Source of the DNA: Camelus dromedarius
Taxonomy: Eukaryota
Length of the DNA: 64,000 nt
Reading direction: 5' to 3'
NCBI RefSeq assembly: GCF_036321535.1
Contig: NC_087437.1
Location: 70,744,001-70,808,000 of the forward strand
Shown here: one piece after another, positions 38,671-50,690 of the stretch
Position numbering within the stretch: position 1 is the stretch's first letter
How the letters are laid out: each line of letters begins with the position of its first letter
Translations under genes and position numbers: made by a program
Notes under the pieces: generated by a model
Database searches by the model: none
The model's input: the letters and a program-made list of their open reading frames with translations, nothing else
Told to the model about the DNA's origin: nothing

Positions 38671-38824
38671 TAGTATTCAGTATCATGTCTGTCCCTCCCT
38701 ATTGTTTATAAATACTCACATATAAAAACTTAACTGCATGTGGGTTCCATACATCAATAACCTGTGTTATTCAACAGAACTCATAAGGAGATATTCAAGA
38801 ATGGTATTATGTTGCTCCTGAATA

Positions 38825-39085
38825 AGGCCATTGAATTTAGCCAATAGATGAATAACTGGGAGCTACTGTAGGTTCTTGATCAGGACTGACATGATAAAAG
38901 CAGTATTTTCAAAAGTCCTGTTAGGCAGCAGTGTACAGAATGGACTAGAATGGAAGAAATCTGGAATAGTGACCAGGCAGACATGATGCCATGGTTCAGG
39001 GTGAGGTAAGGAGAGTCTAAGGTATAGTGATGGTATCAGAGATAGAGCGGAAGCAAAGGATACGAAGGTACTGAGATGTATATTT
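38825..39085 (-). mobile_element. LINE-2 fragment (antisense)
   Basis: gggagctactgtaggttcttgatcaggactgacatgataaaagcagtattttcaaaag...ggcagcagtgtacagaatggactag. Confidence 0.7.
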
Positions 39086-39119
39086 GTTCCAAAAAAATCT
39101 AAAAAGATAAAAATCATAA

Positions 39120-39800
39120 AAGACAAAATACAAATGTCTAAAGCATATGAAAAAGCATGTTAATTCACTATCACTCAAAGACATGATTTATAAAGATAAT
39201 AATTCTCCATGCTGATAAATGTGCAGTAAAACTGGCACTCATATAATAGTTACATGGGGCACATGTGTTGACACAAAATTCTGCAAAGTAATATGGCATT
39301 ACATTATCATGAGCCTTTCTTTAAAAATATGTCCTTCGGCCCCGTAATTTAACTTCTAGGAATCTACCTACAGAAACCAGAAACTCAGGTAAAGATTGGT
39401 ATGCAGAGACCTGTTAATCACAGTGTCATTTATAAAAGTAGAAGAAGAGAAAAACAATGTTAAATATATAATCAAAGAAATTATTAAGCAAATTATGGAA
39501 CATACATATGTGTTATTGCATAACAGTTATTAATTACATAGTTATTAAAGGTATTTTAAAGAATTTTTTAACTAGGAAATTTTCATGAAACAATATAACT
39601 GAGAATACCTGATCCAAAAGAAACTTGTGCACCTAACATGATCCCAAATTAGAAAAATGAAAATACTTGGTTACAATCAAAGGAAATACATTAGAATGTG
39701 AATAGTAGTACCTCTGTATGATGGAATCAAGTAATATTTTATTTCTTTTTTCTTAAGGTTGCTAACTATTGTAAAAATACTCTAATGATTAGAAAAGTAA
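39120..39800 (+). mobile_element. Ancient L1ME-type ORF2 end + 3'UTR
   Basis: aaatacaaatgtctaaagcatatgaaaaagcatgttaattcactatcactcaaagacatg; cccgtaatttaacttctaggaatctacctacagaaa; aaattatggaacatacatatg. Confidence 0.7.
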
Positions 39801-40749
39801 GATTTTTAAGCAAACAACAAGTAATCTAGAGAAAATTAACTCTAAATCTGATAATAATTCAACTTAAGAAAACATGTCTACTGTTTATCCCTTCTTAAAG
39901 GGATTAAATGTTTCAGTTTTCCAATTTATTAAGATTTCAAATTATCTAAAATATTGATTTTCAGAATCATATCATATTGAATATGATGTGGTATTTATTT
40001 TCTGAAATGTATCGTATAGTTTCTATTGCCAGAGTCTCTTCTTCTTTTTTGGATCATTGTACATTTGCTTTAGGTTATCAACCTGCACTTTGACATTCCA
40101 GAGCTTTTTTTTTAAGTCCATCAGTCAGCTCTGACATTAATATGCTCAGACCACACTTCCATGTGTATGAAGTTATAGCAAGGGAAGAAATCTAGCTCAC
40201 TCTTTATGTTTTCAATCATTTTTAACTCCTAAGTTTCTCATATTGTAAAAATTTCATAATCTAATAATAGCATTTTGAGTAATTGAAACAGATGAAAACA
40301 AAGTAAATGACAGAGCCAATAAGTCTCTATAAAGTCACTTTTATTGGGTGGTATGAACTACTACTGATAACATTTATCAGGCACTCATCTCAAGAAGAGA
40401 ATCTCAGCTGTTCTATGTAAGAATGAATAAATGTAGTAACTCACTTGGTTCTCTATCAAGAATTTAGCCAAAAAAGAAACCCAGTTGGATACCAGAAAGA
40501 ATGAACCACATAAAGTTTTATCAGCCCAAAATATACAAGTAAGCTAGACTGCCACTTTTATAAGTTAAAATGTAATCTTTAACAAATCTAAATTCCCTAC
40601 ACAGGCCAATGGCAAAGTGCTGGAATAACTAAAAATTTCCGGACTGCACCCTCTTTCCCTTCTGCCAGGAGAGTGACCATGCTCTGTCCAGCTCAGGCCT
40701 CCGCTGACTACAAGTTAACCCAGAACCATTTGTACACATGCTCATCTCT

Positions 40750-40845
40750 TTTTCAGAACTGCAAGTCTAGCAAAGACAGAGGTCATGTCTTATTTATCTT
40801 TGTTACCTCAGGTTCTGGCAAAATGCATAATTGTTGAACAAACTA
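40750..40845 (+). mobile_element. LINE-2 3' end fragment
   Basis: agacagaggtcatgtcttatttatctttgttacctcagg...ttgttgaac. Confidence 0.55.
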
Positions 40846-41094
40846 ATAAAAGATCAGCAACTTAGTTTAGATGATTTTAGTAAACTATAAAACTGATCTA
40901 AGAAAAAAGTTACTTGGACACAAGTGCTCACACCCTATGTATTATTATATAATTAAGTTTACTAGCATTTAGGTAAGTTCCTTCACAATGATGTTATCAC
41001 CAAATCATGAACATCTTTGGAAGTAAACATCTTTCAGGAATATAATTTTTCACAAGGCTGAGTTAAAGAGTTAATGCTTAAGAGCTCTTGCAAT

Positions 41095-41220
41095 GATTAG
41101 TGTGACAGTCACAAGTTATTACATCTCTCTGAATCTCAATTTCCTCATCTGAAAGATGGGAATAGTAATAATACTTAACTTAGTCTTTGCTGTGGGGATT
41201 GGATGAGACCGTGTGTATCA
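41095..41220 (+). mobile_element. MIR SINE core
   Basis: tgtgacagtcacaagttattacatctctctgaatctcaatttcctcatctgaaagatgggaatagtaataatac. Confidence 0.8.
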
Positions 41221-42284
41221 TCCTGGCTAAGCCCTTGGGCTATTATTACTACAGATAATGTTTCCCAGGTCAGCTTTTGTACTTGTACATGCATCTTGAT
41301 GCCTGGGGCAGAAGGTGCAGATATACTACCCCCACCTCCTCACCTCAGGCACTGACAGCAGAGAAGCACAGGAAAAATGAGGTCAGCTGGGAAAACTTGA
41401 GTAGCTGCAGTAAAGTATCTGTTATTTTGTATTATTTGGACTAATGATCTTCTGCGTTAGTCCAAAAGTGAGCTGACTTGTGAGGTAAGCTTGAACCTAA
41501 GAACGATAGTCTTCCCCAGATAACCATAGCATGACCGACTACAGTGAAGTCTGTCTCATGATTTTTTTTCTTTTATGGAATTGCTATCTATAGAACTTAG
41601 ATGAATAAGCACAATTGAAGTGCAAAGTGTTAAATGCATGCTTTGATTTAGTCAATGCATTTGCACATTGAAGTAATTAGGATGTATTTAAAAGCAATCT
41701 GCTTGCAATACTTTGTTCTCCATTTCCTACAAATCAAATTAGTGAGGGGTAGATTTGATTTTGACATCATTTTTAAAATATTTTCTTTTTCTTTTGAAAA
41801 TTTTCTTAGTATTACATTTTTACAAAGTTCAAAACACAACCAACTGTGACTAAATTCATAAAAACAAGACAAAAAGTACAATGTGCAAGAAAATGAAAAA
41901 CAGCACAGAGTAATATGCAGTAGAACAACGTAGATCATACCTCACAAATATAGTTGTAATAACACACCTTATCCATGTCTGATCAATTAATAACAAATAC
42001 TTATTCACATGGCAAATAGTTCATTCTTTTACTTTGATTGAGAGCCCCAAATTTAATTATTCATCTCAGTCTAAATAAAGAGGCAAAGGCAGCCAGATCT
42101 TAGAAAAATCTTAACCATCTCCTGTTTTCGTTGTACTATATATAATGCAATGAGTGAATGTGAAGAAAGAATATGAAGGTTGTTTTCCTTGTTTGCTAAC
42201 AAAGCATTCAGGCAAGATTATTTCTTTTTTAAATCGTTAGAGTTGGCAGAACTCTAACATGTTTATGGAGCTATGTTCCACAGA

Positions 42285-42485
42285 CAAAGACAGGCCTGAG
42301 TTTAAATCCCAGCTCTGCACACTGTATTATATTTGACAAATTATTTCACCCTCCTGAGCCTCAGTTTTCACATCTGTAAAGTAAAGGTAATAATATCTAC
42401 ATTGCAGAATTACTTTATTATCATGCAATAATGGAAGTGCCTTAATTGAATATGCACTCAATAAATGACAGTTATTATTATTAGT
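42285..42485 (+). mobile_element. MIR SINE
   Basis: cctgagtttaaatcccagctctgc...ctgagcctcagttttcacatctgtaaagtaaaggtaataatatctac...gcactcaataaatgacagttattatt. Confidence 0.85.
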
Positions 42486-43289
42486 TCAAGAGAGAAAGTT
42501 TGGAGGGCTAAGAACCCAAAATCCTCAGAGGAAAAAAAAAACAAACAAAAATATTCTGTGTTCTCACTTTCCCAGGGGGTTTTTATAGGAGTCACAGATT
42601 TTATCCTAGAATTTTATCAGGGTTCCTACAGGAGGAATTGTTTTGCCTTAATAATCTTCTTACCACCCAAATTGCTGTTCTTAATGTACATCAGTGACCT
42701 CAAAATACATGATGATAAATACCCTATACACAACTGAAGTGAATATCTGAATGACTGTAATTTTCTAATACCAATTATTATTATAGTCTTTTGTTGAAGA
42801 TAGACAGTACTTTGGACTGGGCACAGATTATATGAGGCTAATTCCCCTTGTTTTCTTTCTATACTACATTTATAGTTTTAGACATATACAAGTTTATGCA
42901 TGGAAGTGAAGGGGAGCTGGAGAGAGAGTGGACAAGAATAGTAGACTCATTTGTGCTTCTTAGGAAACAGAGATGATGTCCCGTTCTGCCCTGTCTTCAG
43001 TGACTAGCTCCGTGTTTCACATAAAGAGAGCATCTCTTAAATATTTGTTGAATTAAGTAAATAAGAAACAAAATGCTGATAAAATATCTGTGTAGCAGCA
43101 TAAAGGAGCCAGCTCAGAAGTAGTATATGCAGGTAGTAGACAGAGAGCTTAAAACTTATCTATGAACATCTACACTCCCTTAGTAAGATGGCACCATGGG
43201 CAGTGGCAACCATTTTTATTCAAAGCCACTAATTCTTAGCCAGAGGAAGCAGCTAAACCAGAGCAAGCAACTGACCTTCCATCAGAGAG

Positions 43290-43465
43290 CCATGATCACC
43301 TTGATTTCAGAGCTGGAGGGAGCCATGGAGATTTTCTAATCCGGGGGCTTCATTTCTCAGCTGAGGGAGCTTAATGTCTTACACAAACATTTGTTGGCCA
43401 AGTTTACTGATACTCAAATTTGGTTTCCTGATTCCGGTCCAATTCATTTTCTATAGTACCATGTG
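43290..43465 (-). mobile_element. MIR3-like SINE (antisense)
   Basis: tttcagagctggagggagccatggagattttctaatcc...cttcatttctcagctgaggga...tttcctgattcc. Confidence 0.55.
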
Positions 43466-45552
43466 CCTCTGTGTCCCCAGACTGTCTGTCCACCTGAGGG
43501 TTCCCATATATCCACTGTGACTTTGCTTTCTATGACCAAGGCCATGCAAAGAAGCATCCAGCAATGCCTCCGACTAAAACCACCTCACCTATTATAGCAT
43601 GTTCCATAGATCCTATAAAGCCACAATAAAAATAATTTTTTAATAATCTATATTAAATTACTGTTAACCATTAACAGATCATCCACATTACTTTAGCTCC
43701 TTTTCAAGTGATTGTTAGCAGATGCTAAAGGGAATGGAGAAGAGAGAACTGTTATAATTTGAGGAGAAAATGGAGAGAGTTCTGTCCTTGGGGTGTTGCC
43801 CCAGGGAACGCGAGGCCAGGTTGGCCATGGCGGGGCACCCAGAGGACCCAGGAAGTCACTCAAGGATTTGAACCTTAGAGAAGGAAACAGGAGATGGGAA
43901 GAGGTGAAGGAATAGAAGGAACAGAGGAGGTAAAGGGGGGCAATTGTACTGCAGGTAGACTTAATAATTTGGTCTTTCAGTTCATTGTTTACTCTATTTG
44001 TAACTCCTGTGCTCAGTGGAAAAGCCTTGTGTTCAGGTCATTTGTGTTCTTTAAAATTTATTTATATTGCTGCTGTCAAGTAATGACTAGAAATCCTTGA
44101 ATCAATTATTAACGACATCCATAAAAGGAAAAATAAAGCAGTTGGTAGGTAAATATCTTCCCCATCCACCTAAAGAATGGAGGAAGTGTTGATAGGCTGT
44201 TGATGGTGAGTTAAACTGGCATACCAGGAATTTTTATAAATGGTTTTCCCATGCTCCACTGATTCTGTGGCTGAGACTTTAGTTGTATACCAGCTGTGCG
44301 TGCAAAATCTCATAATTATTCTTACTGTATTAAGCATTTTATAGCAATTTTAGCTCTGAAATGCTATGCAATAGTTTTTATGCAAGTGTACCAGACATGT
44401 AAGCTGTTCCAATGAAAACATTTCCTTTCATTGAGACACGTGGTTTTAGGTTTCCAAACTTAGCTCTTTGCACTGATGGAAGAATCTTTAGGACAGACAT
44501 CAGGTTTTTTGGTGGGAGAAGCAGGGGTGGGGGGTGGCAGTTGGATATTCTCACACATGCTTTATTTCTTCAAGCAGCCTTATCAGAAAAGGGGCATTTC
44601 CCTAATTGTACAACACTGTTATTGATAAATACAGGCTCCTCCACAGCCTGTCCTGTTGAGAAAGGCACTGGAGGAGAAGCGAGGGTTACCTCTGCGTCCC
44701 TCTAGGGTATAATGACAAACAGGCAGAAGGACTTGGACTTAACCCCTCTGCAGAAGGCTGACACCTTTAACACTGCTGCACATGCTGCTGCACCCTGCGG
44801 TGGCAAGTCTTGGGCCTGAGCCCAAAGCTGGTGTGGAGTTTGAACCCTTGGCATTCTGGCCCAGGGCCAAGCGCTATCAATGGAACCCCACTGACACCTT
44901 TAGTTATTCTTCCTAGATTAGGATAGTAATTTACTTGTCTCTTTGATTTCAAGTGTCTGGTTTTGTTTCCAGATGCCTCCCAGCTCATCTGTATTCCAGG
45001 GGTTTCAAAAGACTTTAACCTCATTGGTTCTTTGCTTTGTCAGTTCCATTTAGTGATCACAGGAGGGATACACAGACTAGAGAGCAGCAAGGGAGGGGGT
45101 TGTGTGTGTGTGTGATACAGTGGGCATGTCAGGAGGGCCTGGTGAGACTGCAGGAATAAATAAAAGGCATATTCACTTTCAGAATATCGGCTATTATACC
45201 AGAACAAGTCAGAATGGAGTGTAAGAGGTGATGCGTAGGACGGTGTAGTGAAAAATGTCATTAGATAGGTTCATGGGTAAAAGCCCTCCAACCAGAAGTA
45301 ATCTCAAACTCCCCCAAACGACTGGAATATGTGAAAGAGATGGAGAGACCATAGAAATTTTATCCCAATGCCAATAAGGTAACAGCACTTGGATTTTAAC
45401 ATGCCATGGTAGGAAAAGACATTTATGCAAGGGTGTCATTTTGTGTTTACAAGGGCCTGTCTAGAACTGTTTATTGATTTTACTGCAGTTCTTTCCCCAG
45501 GACCCTGTAGATAGATAATTGCTAGAAATGTCCATCATTAACAGAGCAATGA

Positions 45553-45797
45553 GTGCAACCATCACACTAGGAAAAAGATACACATAGGACCCTGCTAGCA
45601 GGCTTCAAATGGGGGAGCGGGGGAGAGTCACACAATAACACGTGCAGCTGTAACTCCAGGCAAACACACACACAACACTCTGTGTAGCCATTGCACTGAG
45701 AAAATACACACAGCCCCCTGTGCAGCCATCATACATCAGGAAAATACACACATGACACCCCTATGCAACCATCACACCAGGCAAAAGCACAGACATA
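45553..45797. repeat. Degenerate ~40-bp minisatellite (about 5 units)
   Basis: Units of consensus ~gtgcagccatcacaccaggaaaatacacaca... start at 45553, 45642, 45682, 45720 and 45763. Confidence 0.75.
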
Positions 45798-48405
45798 AAA
45801 TGCAAAGTCAATAGGAATGAACAGCTCATAAAAGCCTACTGGAATAGATCACATCACAGCCAGGTACATCTGTTCTCAGCACTAACCATTATCGTTAGCT
45901 TAAAATGCTTAAAATCACTGCGCATCCTCAGGTCTAGGGACAGATTATTCCAAGAAGATTCTGCTAAATAGATTTGGCAATGCAGTGAAAGGGACTTCTA
46001 CTACATTAAAGTGATGCATTTTGCATCTCAAAGGCCGTCAACTCTATTTAGAGGAACTGTGTGATTGAAGAACAATGCTCTAGGATGGGAGAGCAATTTT
46101 TCTAGCCTTTCCAAATCTGGGGGTTATTTTCACCCCAACTTGAGTTAAGTGTACAACTGAATGGGCTATCAGATTGGGAGGTGACTAATAAAGGCAGAAT
46201 TGGAAACAGCTTTCATCGGTGCTGCAAAGTAAGCCACTCCATCCTGTTTGAAACTGGAACTCTCAGGTGGGATGTCATATCCAGAGGTCTTAGTGAGGTC
46301 AAACTTCAAGCCATCAACCTGAGATAACTAAGTGGTAACTACAATCCTTGCTTCACAGGGTTGTCTGCCCAACTGGGGGGAATAAAGGAACCACCCACCT
46401 CTTCTTTTGCCAGTGCCTTCTCTTCATGCTCTGGCCTCGGTCTGTGATGTTATCCTAGCTGTGTGACACAGGGGTTATGGCACTGTGAGGGAAGTTCGGC
46501 TTGCCCTTCTGAAGAGTAGCCCAAAAAAATAGTTAGAAAGAGTTTCAAGCTTGCGGTTCCATGTTTCAATTACAGTGGCGTGATGTGTTTCTTCTGAGTG
46601 AGACATGTTTCAAGCTAGCTTGTTAAGAATGATTTACACCATAATTCTAGGAAAAAACAAATGTGAGTGACTGAGATTTGAAAAGGAAGAGTAGGGGGGA
46701 AGTGCCAGACTAAACGAATCCTAAGTAAATAGGGTGGGGTTGGGTCTTTTTTTTTTTTTTTTAGTGTTTTTTGTTTGGTTGGTTTTTTGCTTTTTTTTTT
46801 TCAAACAAAAGAGAATATGTATGTATTGTTGGTAATCACTTCTCTCACCTGGGTGGAATAAAACAAAAGAAAACAGAATCGCTCCATTTGCTCCATGTAA
46901 AAGCAAATTTTCAGGAGAGGACAGGTGTTTCTCTTAAATTCACAAGATAGCATCTTACTGGAAATGAACAGTACTGGAAATAAGAACTAAGAATTCCACT
47001 TTTTTCCCAAATGTGGCGGAAAAGGTTTTGTTAGGATGAGATAAGCATTTTCCATAAAACAATGCAGTAGTGACATGAGGTAATTACGTGGTGACTGGGA
47101 CACACCGCATGGCGTACTGGAGCAATTGCATGATACATACATGATAGCTATAGTAACTCCAGATATTGCTGCCTTATTATCTCCTGATAACTATATAATT
47201 AGTTTGTGTCACCAGAGCACCCTAAACGTATGCCTGTTCCAGCTACTCTGGTAGAAAAAAAAATAAACTTTTTTGCAAGGGGGAAAAAAAGCTAATGAAG
47301 AAAGTTGCCAAGAACAGATATTTTGTAATCTGTGCTAAATCTCTGCTGGAAAACATGAACAGTAACGAAGCTGAGAAGACAGTAAAAGAAATTCGGGGCA
47401 AGGTGCCAGACGCCCAGACGGAAGGAGAATGTGGACCAAAAGATTGCGACAATCGGGTAATTATGGTTTATGAATTTCAGCTTTAATCTGTAGTTCAGTG
47501 AGTCCTGATTAAATATCTGTTAAACACAATTAAAGTTTGTTTTTGTATTTCACCGTCTTGATCAGAATAATTAGAGACTGCGTGTTTCATGTCAAAAGTA
47601 GCAAGAGGAATTTTAGTGAATGAACATCGTTTTTAAAAGCCATTTGTAGCACCAGCTGTTGGCATTATTTTATATTTTAGTGTTATCAGCATAAAGATGG
47701 TCCTCTGGATGCTGAATAGTTTCCAGCAGGACAAGTATGTTATGCCATCATGATGGGCCTGGGCTGATTAGGCTTAAATGCTTAAGGGCGAATGTTCACT
47801 GAGATGGTGGACAGGGTAGATGCAGGTCAAGGAAGCAGATCTTTTAGGTGCGAGAAGAAGGAAGATGTCTGAGTTAAGTTTATCCAAGCAAGGATCTGAG
47901 GGAGGAAATTTCTCAAGGTATAGTCGTTTGTATTAACACCTGCAAATGCTGGTTAGCTTATTCAAACAGGTTGTATACAGTGCCTGAGGGAAGGGCTCAG
48001 GAAAGGTGTGATGAGAAGCACCGGAATCTGCCCTGGTTGGTTCTTGGCTAAAAATCTCTGTCTTTTATTTGTAGAGTTAATAGAAGATAGTGCTGAAAGA
48101 ACGTATCATATTAATAATTCCTTGACTAGAGATAGCAGTATGAATTCTGCAGAGAGGACAAGTTGGAATAGAAGTAGAATTACCTGAAACTGGGTGAAGG
48201 GGTAAAATGAGACTCTACAAACCAAAACTAAGACTATGATTTCCATACCCATGTGCCAAAAGTGAGACTGGAGAGTTGCAAGTTACTATCTCTTTAAAAA
48301 TTATAGGGAGTATATGTAAAAATTTCTATGCAGTTTTAAAGAAATGATAAGGTATTGTCTTGCTTGCTGTTTGAAATCTGAGTGCCTGGAGTATTTCAGA
48401 CCCAG

Positions 48406-48893
48406 TGATAGACAAAATAGTGGCCCCTCCCACAAAGATATCCATGTCTTAATCCTTAGAACCTGTGAATACATTGCCTTACATGGCAACAGGGTCTTTG
48501 CAGATGTGAGTAAAATAGGACCTTGAGATGGAAGATTACCCTGGATGACCTGGGTAGGCCTAATGGAATCTCAAGGGTTTTTGTTAAGGAAAGAAGAAGC
48601 AGGAGAATCAGAGTCAGAGAAGGAAATGAGACAAAGGAAGCAGAATCAAAGAGAGAGAGAGAGAGATTTGAAGATGCTGCACTGCTGGCTTTGAAGATGG
48701 AGAAAGGGACCATGAGCCAAGGACCCCAGGCAGTCTCTAGAAGCTGGAAAAGAAGAGGACTCTCCCCTAGGCTCTCCAGAAAGGTGCACCCTGCCTACAG
48801 CTCAATTTAAGGATTTGTGACCTCCAGAACTATAACAAACTTCTGTTGTTTAAGCCATTAAGTTTGTTACAACAGCAAAAGGAAATCAGTACA
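48406..48893 (+). mobile_element. MaLR solo LTR, MLT1D-like
   Basis: Starts tgatagacaaaatagtggcccc...aaagatatccatgtcttaatcc; internal ggctttgaagatggagaaagggaccatgagccaagg; ends ttgttacaacagcaaaaggaaatcagtaca (TG...CA). Confidence 0.9.
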
Positions 48894-50119
48894 GCCGCCA
48901 TGAACCTGCTCCGTGGATTTAATACCTATTTAAAAGTTGTCCAGTTATAAGTACATCTGGGTATGAGAAAAACAAGCCTTTATGAATTTAATTTTCTAAG
49001 GCCCATTCTCCAGGCTGTCTTTGTGGTATCATTTGGAAGTACCCACTATGGTAAGAATTAAGAAAGCCTATGTGTTATAAATTAAAATCATGAGCAAAAT
49101 CAACCCTATCCCCCAGCACCCCTTACATTCCACATGAATAGAAATTTTTACAGGAAAGGAAGATTGGAGAGTGAGAATATTTTCTCTTAACAACAATAGC
49201 AGTTTAACATTTGAACCACAGGTTAAACCATTTCACTTTGCCAATGTTCCACCATTTTGACTTACATAAATGGCAGTTCATGTGGTTCAATGTGTTATTG
49301 TTTTATTTCATTTGAACCTTCTAGGACTTCGATTAAAGTTTTTCCCCAAGATTTTATAATTAGTAATTGTCAGAATTACATAGAATTTGGGCTAATAAAG
49401 TGCTTACATCTAACATATTCAGGTAAAAATGAAATTGAATCTGAACTGGCCAAAGTTTTTTTAGCAGAGTTGAGGATGCAGACATGTATCTCATGTGCTA
49501 TTCCAAAAAATGACAGTTTAAAACTCATGCGAAAGCCGTAGGGCAAAGTGAACTTTACCCTAATGGACAAAGACAATGATTAGGGGGGAAAAAAACCTCA
49601 AATAGACAAAGGCAATGAATGGAACTTGCTACCTCGCATCTTTGTATTCAAAAAAGCATATCCTGCCTCCAAGGAAGATGAGATAGCACAGTGCTTTAGG
49701 ATGGTATTGTTTGAAAGGATTCCTGCCTCCTCTGGTTTATGGCCTCCATTGAAATTCTGATGAAAGCTGCGGATCCTTTTCCCAAAAGAGGACATAATAC
49801 CTTTTCAAAGGATTTACAGAACCCTACCTGAACTTCAGATTAATTGTCCCTGGTTTACAATTGTGCTCTAACAAAAACACTGTGGGACTAACTCATCTGA
49901 CCTGTTTTGAGACCCGAATTGTGAAATATTTATTTGTCACATGTTTTTGGACCAGTCAGTAATGTACACTGAGGTCCAGACTTTTAATCAGTAAAATTAG
50001 TAATTCTGATGCTAATATGCTAGAGTATTTTTGTTTTTAAAGTAGTTGAGGTGCATTTAAAGAACCATGGGGATGAAAAGCACTGGTATTGCCCTTGCTT
50101 TCTGTTTATTCTCTTATTT

Positions 50120-50690
50120 TTCAGTCATTCTTTTATTCAGCAAATATTTATTGAGCCCCTTCTATTCTAGGCACTGGGAATATTATCATGAGCAGGACTC
50201 ACAAGGACCTCTTCCTGCATAGAACATTCTAGTTAGAGAAGATAGTTAATAAATATGCAAACAGACTAGCACACACTGACGAGTGAAATGAAGAAAATAA
50301 GAGTGTAACCTAATAGAGATAGCATGTAAGGAGATGGCCTCTGGCTGAGACTTGAATGATGTTAGAAACCAGCCATATAAGGATCTGTAGGAAAAGCATT
50401 TCAGGCAGGTTGGAACAGCAACAGCAAAGACTCAGACTAAAATTAGCCAGGCATGTGAATTATGAAATTTGGCCAGGGAATAAGGAGAAGTATGTTGGAG
50501 ATGTGATCAGAAAAGGAGTCAGAGACCAGATTGTGCAGGCTTCATGGCGAGAAGTTTGGATTTTATTCTAGTTGTGATGGGCAGCTATTGGAGATTTATG
50601 TAGTAGGATGTGATTTCATATTTAAAGAAATCATTGTATTTTCTGTATGGAAAGAATGAAATTAGGGGAGCAGGAGGAGGAGTAATCCCA
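50120..50690 (-). mobile_element. LINE-2 3' portion (antisense)
   Basis: cattcttttattcagcaaatatttattgagcccc...ctaggcactggg...gaagtttggattttattctagttgtgatgggcagctattggag. Confidence 0.85.

Noticed and set aside
41435..41466. 12-bp stem hairpin (tttggactaatg/cgttagtccaaa); similar 9-bp stem at 42236-42258
   Set aside because: Too short for a pre-miRNA, does not extend, and is expected occasionally in 64 kb.
45553..45797. Repeat-spacer-like periodicity suggesting a CRISPR array
   Set aside because: Units are divergent tandem copies without unique spacers, in mammalian DNA with no cas genes.
48456..48810. ORFs of 85-95 aa on both strands
   Set aside because: Lie wholly within the MLT1D-like LTR, which is non-coding.
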